Made by a program: the position numbers and the translations under genes. The notes under the pieces were generated by a model, which searched no databases, was not told where the DNA came from, and saw nothing but the letters and a program-made list of their open reading frames with translations. From Candidatus Saccharimonadota bacterium (GTDB lineage Bacteria; Patescibacteriota; Saccharimonadia; Saccharimonadales; UBA4665), in assembly GCA_016699955.1 (NCBI GenBank), contig CP064993.1, forward strand, positions 600,001 to 632,000: a DNA stretch of 32,000 nt. The letters are read 5' to 3'. Shown one piece after another: positions 1 to 7,019 of the stretch. Position 1 is the first letter of the stretch, and the number at the start of each line of letters is the position of its first letter.

Positions 1-2
1 TT

Positions 3-1205
3 ACAAATACCAACGGAAATACCTACCACTGGCAAGCCTTTGGCAATGCGTATACATCAGACACGAGCAGCGGTTCGGCAGATTTTGCAACGGGAGTATA
101 CCATGGGAATGGTATAGGTAGCCGAGGGATAGCGGACATACCGTTTCAGCCAGATTTAGTTGCCATGAAAAGAAACTCAACCACAGCGGCAACGTTTCGC
201 ACAAGTGCGCATAGCGGTGATATAAGCAGTTTTTTTGCTGCCACCGCTGATGCCGCAAATACTGTGCAAAGCTTGTTGGCAAATGGCTTTCAGGCCGGTA
301 CTAATGCAGCCGTCAATAGCAGTGGCTCTTTATACCGATGGTTTGCTTTCAAATCTGGTACGAACTTTAGCGTCGGCTCCTACACTGGTAATGGCGTAAA
401 CGGTAGGCAAGTGGCAGCACCATTTTGGTCTGATGCCATTTGGGTTAAGCGTTCTACGGCGGTTGCGGGGGTACTGCGCCCATCAACTCTCGCCGGTACG
501 GCTACTCAATTATTTCCAAATACAGCCAACACCGCTACCGCAATCACCGCAATTAATGCAAGTGGATTTACCGTAGGAACCAATACGGCAACTAACACGA
601 ACGGTGGTTTGTACCGTTACGCGGTCTGGAGAGTGCCCCCGACGGGAGGTCTTAGTGTCGATATTGTCGACAGTGGGGGTGCGACCGTCGGTTCTCCTTC
701 AGTTGGATTTGGTAGTCTCGGCCTGGTTTTTAACTGCGCTGAAAGCAACGCAACACTGGGTGCTACCGAACAAAGAATCCGCGTAACGAATATGTCTGCC
801 AATGCGAGCTGGGTGCTGTCAATTGCTCCGACGGGCGGAGTTAATGCGTTGTGGGATAATGTTGGTAATACGGCGCAGTACGACTTCAATGACATTACTG
901 GTTCGCCAGCGGGGTGTAGCGACGGATCTGATAGTGATTCTGTTGCAGGTAAACTGCGTGTCGAACCGGCGCTCAGTACGATTACGCCGCAACTAGGATG
1001 TTCGGTTTCCAATGTGACCCGCGGAAGTGACGAAGACTACGATGATGGAACCGTCGATGCAATCAATCTCATGACTGCTGCCTCGGGTTCAAACACGGAA
1101 TGCTACTGGGAATTAACAGGGGTCACGCTGCGCCAAAACATCCCAGCCGAGCAGTTGCCTGGTACTTATAGCGTTGGACTTACCATAACCATTATCGCGC
1201 AATGA
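3..1205 (+). CDS. Secreted/surface protein, 5'-truncated by the window edge: tandem ~100-aa Gly/Asn/Thr-rich modules followed by a ~190-aa WxL-like C-terminal domain
   Basis: The frame is open from nt 3; the ORF track only starts it at the first Met (165). Stop is TGA at 1203-1205. Two module copies share GxYxGNG..R..(I/V)...Fx(P/S)Dx(V/I)x(M/V)KR ... GTNxAxNxxGxxY(R/H)(W/Y)xA(F/W). The C-terminal part has two W-x-L tripeptides (WVL at nt 810-818, WEL at nt 1107-1115) and ends PGTYSVGLTITI. This matches WxL cell-surface domains at motif level only. Confidence 0.7.
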   Translation, partial: TNTNGNTYHWQAFGNAYTSDTSSGSADFATGVYHGNGIGSRGIADIPFQPDLVAMKRNSTTAATFRTSAHSGDISSFFAATADAANTVQSLLANGFQAGTNAAVNSSGSLYRWFAFKSGTNFSVGSYTGNGVNGRQVAAPFWSDAIWVKRSTAVAGVLRPSTLAGTATQLFPNTANTATAITAINASGFTVGTNTATNTNGGLYRYAVWRVPPTGGLSVDIVDSGGATVGSPSVGFGSLGLVFNCAESNATLGATEQRIRVTNMSANASWVLSIAPTGGVNALWDNVGNTAQYDFNDITGSPAGCSDGSDSDSVAGKLRVEPALSTITPQLGCSVSNVTRGSDEDYDDGTVDAINLMTAASGSNTECYWELTGVTLRQNIPAEQLPGTYSVGLTITIIAQ

Positions 1206-1987
1206 AAAAGGTATTGATTTGTGCTCTGCTGGCTGGCGTGTGGATCGCTGCGTTGCCTCCGCAGAGGGGCAGTGCACTACCGATTGTTTCTTTGCGACAG
1301 AACATCACACAGATTAGTTGCGTGCTGACAACGGTGGTTCGTGATGATGGTAGTCTCAGGTACGTTATTGTGCCGGGTTGTGGTGCTTTAGTTGTACCAG
1401 AGCTTTACGCAAAGCAGCCACAACTTATTACGCACCAGCTGTCTCAGTTCGCCGTTCCAACCCAAGGTGAAGCAGCAAAACTGTTTCTGCGAACAAAACC
1501 AATCTACCTTGACACCAGCGCAGAAAACCAACCTGCGGGTGGCTATGTGCTGCTTGTGTATAAGGATATCAAATATGCTTTCCTGTTGCCGGGAGAACGG
1601 TTCCGTTTGCATGATCGTACGTTTGAAATAATTAGTATTAAAAATGGTACGCTAAATATACGATTTTTGCCCGAGGGCAAGGAGACAGCCGTGAAGCTGG
1701 GAGAAACCATTCGTCTGCAGCTTGCCTACGATGGTACTCCGGATGTCTCACTTACATTTATCCAACAGAATATCGATGGTAGTGTGCTCGTTCGCGTGCG
1801 ATTTCCCGTACAACAAGAGGTAATGCAGCTTGTGGAAGAGCAGCGCACCGCCGACATCGCGACGATGCTGTTGCTGGTTTTTGGGGGGAGTTTACTAGTA
1901 CTGTTCCTACAAAGTAAGACGTTAGCCCGTCGTGGCATACCCAGCGCAACGTGGTGGAATACTCATACGCATCAACCACTTGGCTAG
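1202..1987 (+). CDS. Exported protein with a C-terminal membrane anchor (hypothetical partner of the upstream surface protein)
   Basis: The ATG at 1202 overlaps the upstream stop (ATGA), indicating translational coupling. The N-terminus is signal-like (MKKVLICALLAGVWIAALPP..GSA). A C-terminal hydrophobic helix IATMLLLVFGGSLLVLFL is followed by basic KTLARRG. No catalytic motif was recognised. Confidence 0.65.
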   Translation: MKKVLICALLAGVWIAALPPQRGSALPIVSLRQNITQISCVLTTVVRDDGSLRYVIVPGCGALVVPELYAKQPQLITHQLSQFAVPTQGEAAKLFLRTKPIYLDTSAENQPAGGYVLLVYKDIKYAFLLPGERFRLHDRTFEIISIKNGTLNIRFLPEGKETAVKLGETIRLQLAYDGTPDVSLTFIQQNIDGSVLVRVRFPVQQEVMQLVEEQRTADIATMLLLVFGGSLLVLFLQSKTLARRGIPSATWWNTHTHQPLG

Positions 1988-2027
1988 GGGGATGACTTAT
2001 CGGGCAGATATGTATAGAAATATATTG

Positions 2028-2056
2028 TTGACATAAGCAAGTTTATTTGATAGTAT
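2028..2056 (+). promoter_or_regulatory. Sigma70-type promoter upstream of the KGG gene leader
   Basis: TTGACA (2028-2033), a 17-nt spacer, then TAGTAT (2051-2056), preceded by TG at 2048-2049 (extended -10). Confidence 0.5.
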
Positions 2057-2079
2057 AAGCATAATTCGAAAGGATAAGA

Positions 2080-2121
2080 GGGTTTCATGCTTCCGTGTGG
2101 GGTGGCGTGAAGCCCTTTTTT
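2080..2121 (+). terminator. Intrinsic-terminator-like hairpin inside the 5' leader of the KGG gene
   Basis: The 11-bp stem GGGTTTCATGC (2080-2090) / GCGTGAAGCCC (2105-2115) has 9 Watson-Crick and 2 G:U pairs. The loop is 14 nt and is followed by TTTTTT (2116-2121). The hairpin lies between the candidate promoter and the SD/ATG at 2142/2155. Confidence 0.6.
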
Positions 2122-2154
2122 CTATCGGAGCAACATAATTTAGGAGGTGTTCCT

Positions 2155-2361
2155 ATGGCTGGAACAAAAGCAGGCGGCATGGCCGCAGCAGCAACCAACA
2201 AGAAAAAGTACGGTGGCGATTTTTATGCAAAAATCGGTGCTAAGGGCGGTAAAAACGGTAAAACTGGCGGATTTGCCGCTGGTGACGCTGGTCGTGAGCG
2301 AGCCCGAGTATACGGTGCTATTGGTGGGCGTATTAGTCGCCGCACTAAAAAAAGTTCATAA
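2155..2361 (+). CDS. KGG-repeat general stress protein (YciG/Con-10-like), 68 aa
   Basis: AGGAGG (2142-2147) lies 7 nt before the ATG at 2155. The product is Gly/Lys-rich with GAKGGKNGKTGGFAAG and GAIGGR motifs. The ORF-track start at 2095 is an in-frame GTG inside the leader hairpin and is unlikely. Confidence 0.75.
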   Translation: MAGTKAGGMAAAATNKKKYGGDFYAKIGAKGGKNGKTGGFAAGDAGRERARVYGAIGGRISRRTKKSS

Positions 2362-2442
2362 GACAAACACGCTCGGCTCCGCTGTAGCGGAAACTGCGCG
2401 GCTTGATTTGTCACCGCTTTACTTATTTTTTAAGGAAGCAGG

Positions 2443-2481
2443 CAATTATCTTCGGAGTGAATCCGGAGATAATTGTTTTTT
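2443..2481 (+). terminator. Rho-independent terminator after the KGG gene
   Basis: The 14-bp stem CAATTATCTTCGGA (2443-2456) / TCCGGAGATAATTG (2462-2475) has one G:U pair. The loop is GTGAA, followed by TTTTTT (2476-2481). Confidence 0.8.
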
Positions 2482-2576
2482 ATAGTAACCCAAAATCTGC
2501 GTAAGCGCTGAGTTATAAAGGGGCGTCATGCACACAGAATAACCATCATGAGGTAAAAAAATCAAACTGGCGTTTC

Positions 2577-3092
2577 TCATTTTTTTCGTCTGTAGGGTCG
2601 GCAAAGACGGGAACGGGTAACATGCCACTCGGTGCCGCAGTTGTGGCAGCTATATGTGTTGGTGTTTGACTGCAAACAACGCACAAAGCATGTGGGGCAG
2701 GTAGCGCGCACGTGTAACCAGTCACGGTAACTGTCTAAACAATCTTGCACATATTCTCCATCTATGGCCATGTCGTACTGCTGGGCGAGTGCATGAGCCT
2801 TTTCCCATGCCGCTACCTCCATCTGTACTAGTTCAATATCGCTCGTATATTCGCTGTGGTCGAGCAGTGCATGGCCAAGTTCATGCAAAATTGCCCAACC
2901 ACCCTGGGTATTCTGCAGGGGGCTTTTGCGGTACGAGACGTGGCGCTTGCCGGCGTGCCAAGAAAACTGACTTGACTCAACAAATGAGTACTCAGGGTAA
3001 TCCAAGCGCAGCTGCTTAAGTAACTCTTGCGTCCCAAGCGTCGCTGAGGATGGTTTATGAGTAGTTTTGACGCGCATAGTCGTAGCATCCAT
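2577..3092 (-). CDS. HExxH zinc-metallopeptidase-like protein (ImmA/IrrE-like motif) with a C-terminal Cys4 zinc ribbon
   Basis: Contains the motif WAILHELGHALLDH and a C-terminal CPTC..x16..CHNC. The start is uncertain (TTG 3098, ATG 3092 or ATG 3077). Every option overlaps the 3' end of the upstream ROK gene (stop at 3055-3057). Confidence 0.6.
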   Translation of the reverse strand: MDATTMRVKTTHKPSSATLGTQELLKQLRLDYPEYSFVESSQFSWHAGKRHVSYRKSPLQNTQGGWAILHELGHALLDHSEYTSDIELVQMEVAAWEKAHALAQQYDMAIDGEYVQDCLDSYRDWLHVRATCPTCFVRCLQSNTNTYSCHNCGTEWHVTRSRLCRPYRRKK

Positions 3093-3864
3093 ATACAACA
3101 GCTTCTTCTGGGCGCTGTGCGGGAATGATGGGAGGAATTTGAAGCATGGGGGTCTCGTATTGTCTTAGATCGGCTACTAGTGCGTCATGGAAACGTTCCA
3201 AATAGTGTCCTGCGCCACCGCCAACAACAATAACCTCGGGTTGAAGAATTGCGATAAATTGCAGAAAACCTGGCGTGAGATTGCGAGCAATTTTCTTCCA
3301 TATAGCCGGGTCGTGTATTTCTGATGCAGGCTTCCCGTAAGTTTTTGCAATTGCTTTGCCGCCCGCAAAATCCTCCCAAGGTGTCATCTTGCCCTTGTAT
3401 TCAAAAAGCATAGTACGACCGCCCCCGTCACCCACGGCAGTAATGATTTGGTTGTTGACGACAAGAGCTTCGCCAATCCCTGTGCTAATCGTTACGTATA
3501 ATATCTTGCGGTAGTCTTTGATTAACATTGATTCGGATAAAGCGGCCAATTTGGCGTCGTTCTCTACTAGCATAGGGCAAGCAAATAACTTTTCTAAATC
3601 GCGCTGGATAGGTACTTTTTGCCAGGGGAGATTACTAAAGCTAACGCCGATACATCTTTTTCTATCAAATATTGTCACCGGCATACCGGTTGCGCCAGCC
3701 CGGAAGCCTTGCGTCTTAAATCCTTTTACCGCGTTGGTCAATTCTCGTAAAAATTCATCGTAATCCTTAGGTGTTGGGAATCTGACAGATTCGCTAATGA
3801 CGCCCTCATTCGTTAGTGCTGCAACGAGTGTTTTTGTACCGCCAATATCAATACATATATACAT
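3055..3864 (-). CDS. ROK-family sugar kinase/regulator-like protein
   Basis: The N-terminal ATP-binding motif is MYICIDIGGTKT. VENDAKLAALSE matches the ROK ENDAN.AALGE signature. The 269-aa length is typical of ROK glucokinase-like proteins. Confidence 0.75.
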   Translation of the reverse strand: MYICIDIGGTKTLVAALTNEGVISESVRFPTPKDYDEFLRELTNAVKGFKTQGFRAGATGMPVTIFDRKRCIGVSFSNLPWQKVPIQRDLEKLFACPMLVENDAKLAALSESMLIKDYRKILYVTISTGIGEALVVNNQIITAVGDGGGRTMLFEYKGKMTPWEDFAGGKAIAKTYGKPASEIHDPAIWKKIARNLTPGFLQFIAILQPEVIVVGGGAGHYLERFHDALVADLRQYETPMLQIPPIIPAQRPEEAVVYGCYDYARQNYS

Positions 3865-4065
3865 TTGTCCATTCCTTATGCTTGGCTATAGTGTAACACG
3901 GAGAGCTTGGCTAATGGGACGAAAAAATCTACAGCTTATTGGGGTTAGCTTCCAAACGGAATTGCGACAATAAAGTTGAAATTATTGCGGAAGAATGTAA
4001 GAAAGACCGTAGGTTTTGGAAGCCTTGCGGAAAATTCCCACTAACAATGCGACAAAGCGGAGCTA

Positions 4066-5054
4066 ACTAAAGAGCGACACCCGTATACTTTCGTTTAGGA
4101 CTAACTAAACAAAGGAAGGAGTGTCGCTCATGCGTACACTAACACACTACGAAGTAGCTTGGAATATGTCCCGAGCTGGTTCAACCATGGAACAAATAAC
4201 AATCGTGGTCAGTAAGGACAGGGCTACCGTCTACCGCTGGCTGGCAAAGATTCGCCAGATTGGTATCCGTGAGTTCCACCGTCGCAAAGCAGCCTGCAAG
4301 GTGCGTCGCCCTAGGGCTCAGACTCCCGAATATGTCATCCAGAAGATTGTCGACATTCGTAACGAGTTTGGTTGGTGTGGAGCCAAGATACGTAAAGAGC
4401 TCAAAGAAAACCATGGTATTAGCCTAGCCCTCTCGACCGTATACCGGTACCTCCACAGACGTTTTACCAAAGCTGCTATTGGTGTGCAGCGCTACAAGAA
4501 GCACAAAGCCCTGGTGACGGCTCACGCACCGCGTGAGGTGGTCGAGCATGACACCGTCGATCTCGGTGGTGGCGTCTACGCCTACACCGCCATTGACATA
4601 TTTTCCAAGGAGCCCAGCGTCTACATCGGTAATAACCTAGAGATGGCCACTGGTGCCACTGCCTTTACCAAGCACCACCAGTTCTATGGTCGCACCCTAC
4701 TGCACCAGTCTGACGGCGGTAGCGAATTTCAGACGACCTTTCGTGAGGGCCGTCGAGGCTGTCGCAGAACACCGCTACAGCCGACCCTACAAGAAAAACG
4801 AACAATCGCACATTGAGAACTTTAACAAATCACTGAGAAGCGAGTGTTTTCCTCGGGGTGACTACCAACAATCTGACATACCAAAGCTCCAGAAACAGGC
4901 CGACAAGTACGCCGAACATTACATGAACCGGCGCTGGCACATGGGCTTACCAGACCTCATGACCCCAGCCCAGTTTCAGCGCTACTACGCAGAAAGCCCA
5001 GAGACTGCTACACTGGAATTAGCGAAAGTATTACGAAAGTCGCGTTTGGGGTGA
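4066..5054 (+). mobile_element. IS481-like insertion sequence (boundaries tentative)
   Basis: It carries an rve/DDE integrase-type transposase. The candidate imperfect terminal inverted repeats are GCGACACCCGTATACTTTCGTTTAGG (about 4074-4099) and the reverse complement of about 5016-5044 (GCGACTTTCGTAATACTTTCGCTAAT). No clear target-site duplication was found. Confidence 0.55.
4130..5054 (+). pseudogene. IS481-family DDE transposase, frameshifted
   Basis: The N-terminus is HTH-like. The DDE triad context is HDTVD, SDGGSEF and SRPYKKNEQSHIENFNKSL. The reading frame changes by +1 at about 4725-4750, between ORF-track entries 4121..4816 and 4653..5054. The ATG at 4130 is preceded by AAGGAAGGA (4112-4120). 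Confidence 0.75.
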
Positions 5055-5318
5055 GATTTTACGCTTGGTGCTTTATTTTTCCCGTAGGTGTATAGTGAAT
5101 GCTACATTATGGGACACCGACTAGACGTTTTTATGCAGCGTTGGATGCCTGTTGAAGTTGCAAAATCTGTGCAAAAACTTCTTGGGGTAGCTGGTGTCAT
5201 AGGCGAATTTTTTAAGGACGGCAGGGATACTTGTTATGGAGCAGTATGTAATTTGGGCAGGGTTGCGTGCGACTCTTATCTACCAGATGAATATAATCCC
5301 GAGGGCTAGTTTAACCTA

Positions 5319-5336
5319 AGTAACTGCTCACACCCC
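5319..5336. repeat. Left terminal inverted repeat of the IS66-family element
   Basis: AGTAACTGCTCACACCCC is the exact reverse complement of 6869-6886. Confidence 0.85.
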
Positions 5337-6885
5337 CTTGCCCCGCAGGGGCAGTCGGACTAAACTTTAGTTTAGGACGACTAAAACAAAACTGACATGC
5401 AAAAACTTACTGACAAACAGATTAAGGAACGACTCATTGAGGGTCAAAACTACAAACGCCTGTATCGTGAACTCAAGAGAAAGTATGACAAAGTCACTGG
5501 TGAGCTCAAAGCCGAGAATAAAGCACTCCGTCAGCTGGTAGCTCTGCAGCAAGCGCAGCTAGAAAAGCAAGCTATCCAGATAGCCGAACTCCAGACAATG
5601 GTCTTCGGCAAAAAGAAACGGCCGCCAACGGGTGGTACACCCATTGCACCTGACCTTTTCTCTGTACCAAAGCAGCCACGCAACAAAGCCTCCTACCGTC
5701 GTCCTGTCCCGCCAGCAAGTGCTGTTACGCAGGAAGTGGTGCTACCACTTCCTGAAGCCTGTGCTTGCGGTGGCAGCTTCGATCCAAAGTCAGTGACAAC
5801 CCACGACCGATTCGTGGAAGACATTCCACTACCTGAGCTGACTTCGGACTACCAAGCACTACTGGTAACCAAATACGTTATTAGCAAAGGTCAGTGCAAC
5901 CGTTGTGGCAAGGTCACCACTGGCAACGACACTGACCTGGGCGGAGCCCAGGTTGCTCTTGGTCCCAATGTCCGACTCCTTGTGTCGCACCTCATTGCTG
6001 GTGTTGGTCTCAGCTACGCTCAGGCGGCAAGTCTCATCTTGAGTTTGTATGGACTCACCGTCACGGACGGCGAGATTACCAACATCTTGCGCAAGCAACA
6101 CCAGACTTGGCTGCCAGCCTACAACCAACTCAAAGCAGACATCCGAGCCGCACCGATTCGTCACTACGATGAAACGCCTTGGAAGATCCAAGCAACAGAC
6201 AATGCCGGCTACGCTTGGGTCATGAGTGCAGCAAACAGCCCCGAGACGTTGTTTCACTTAGCCACCAGCCGGGGTGCGGCCCATGCCCAGAAGCTGCACG
6301 GCATGGACGGCAATGCCGTCCATATCTCCGATGACTACCCAGCCTACCGCACACTACCCGGGTTCCAGCAACTGTGCTGGGTGCATCTGTACCGAGTGAT
6401 TCGAGACCTCCGCTACAATGCCAACCTCCCGAATGACCAGCTACCTACTGTCACTTGGTGGTACGAACAATTCGTCGCCATTTACCAGGATCTACGGTTG
6501 TATCTAGATGAGCCGTACGACGAAGTCATACGGGCTCCCAGGCAGATGAGCTTTGGCAACGCACAAAAGCCTTAGCAGAACAGCCAGCCCCAACCATTGG
6601 TGAACCAGACAAGCTGCGTAAGCTCAAAGCCCAACTCCTGCGAGCAGGCCAAGACAAACTATTCGTCTGTTTGCCCAAGGATACGCCCTGTGACAATAAC
6701 CGAGCCGAACGAGACCTAAGACAGCTCGTTCTGAAGCGCAAGCGATCCTTTGGTAGCAAGACTGAAAAAGGTGCCCAAGCATTAGCTACGGTTCTATCCT
6801 TGTGCACCACTACGTGGCGCACTAACCCGAACAGCTACTTTTCTAGCCTCGCTGCGCTCGGCTAGCTAGGGGTGTGAGCAGTTAC
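5320..6885 (+). mobile_element. IS66-family insertion sequence, single-ORF (tnpC-only) type, about 1.57 kb
   Basis: Perfect 18-bp terminal inverted repeats begin with GTAA. The flanking 8-bp direct repeat is TAACCTAA (5312-5319) / TAACCCAA (6886-6893), matching 7 of 8 positions, consistent with IS66-family 8-bp duplications. Confidence 0.85.
5397..6865 (+). pseudogene. IS66-family transposase (TnpC-like), frameshifted
   Basis: It has an N-terminal coiled coil ending in LQTMVFGKKK and a CxxG..CxxCG zinc-finger region. HYDETPWKI, HISDDYPAY and QLCWVHLYR are present, and the C-terminal block is DNNRAERDLRQLVLKRKRSFGSKTEKGA. The frame shifts by -1 at about 6530-6545, between ORF-track entries 5397..6575 and 6671..6865. 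The second frame is open from 6512. Confidence 0.85.
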
Positions 6886-6886
6886 T
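6869..6886. repeat. Right terminal inverted repeat of the IS66-family element
   Basis: GGGGTGTGAGCAGTTACT is the exact reverse complement of 5319-5336. Confidence 0.85.
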
Positions 6887-6896
6887 AACCCAACTC

Positions 6897-6925
6897 TTTA
6901 CCTAAAGAGTAAAAACAGCTATAAT
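6897..6925 (+). promoter_or_regulatory. Candidate rpsA promoter
   Basis: TTTACC (6897-6902), a 17-nt spacer, then TATAAT (6920-6925). It lies about 95 nt upstream of the rpsA ATG and immediately downstream of the IS66 insertion site. Confidence 0.4.
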
Positions 6926-7019
6926 GAGCAGTAATCTTCCAGATGGAGTGGTCCAAGTACGTAAGCGCTAGCTACTGATTCTGTAGGAAATACACTTTCA
7001 AAGGAGGCATCGTAAGAAA

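Noticed and set aside
1-282. Minus-strand 93-aa ORF at the window start. The same applies to 617..1012 on the minus strand and to 604..786 and 802..996 on the plus strand.
   Set aside because: They lie entirely inside, and antisense to or out of frame with, the long repeat-protein ORF. They have no start signals, and their Cys/Trp/Arg-rich composition is typical of shadow frames.
2095-2485. The ORF-track start at 2095 for the KGG gene, and the overlapping 112-aa ORF 2147..2485.
   Set aside because: The GTG at 2095 lies inside the leader terminator hairpin and upstream of the AGGAGG. ORF 2147..2485 runs through the downstream terminator in a frame with implausible composition.
4725-4750. Programmed ribosomal frameshifting in the IS481-like transposase, and likewise at 6530-6545 in the IS66 transposase.
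   Set aside because: Neither site has a slippery heptamer or a downstream structure. These families normally encode the transposase in one frame, so mutation or sequencing error is the simpler explanation.
5088-5309. A 73-aa ORF between the two IS elements.
   Set aside because: It has no SD, its first in-frame start is GTG, no motif is recognisable, and it is wedged between IS ends. It may be a remnant or spurious, and support is insufficient to call a gene.
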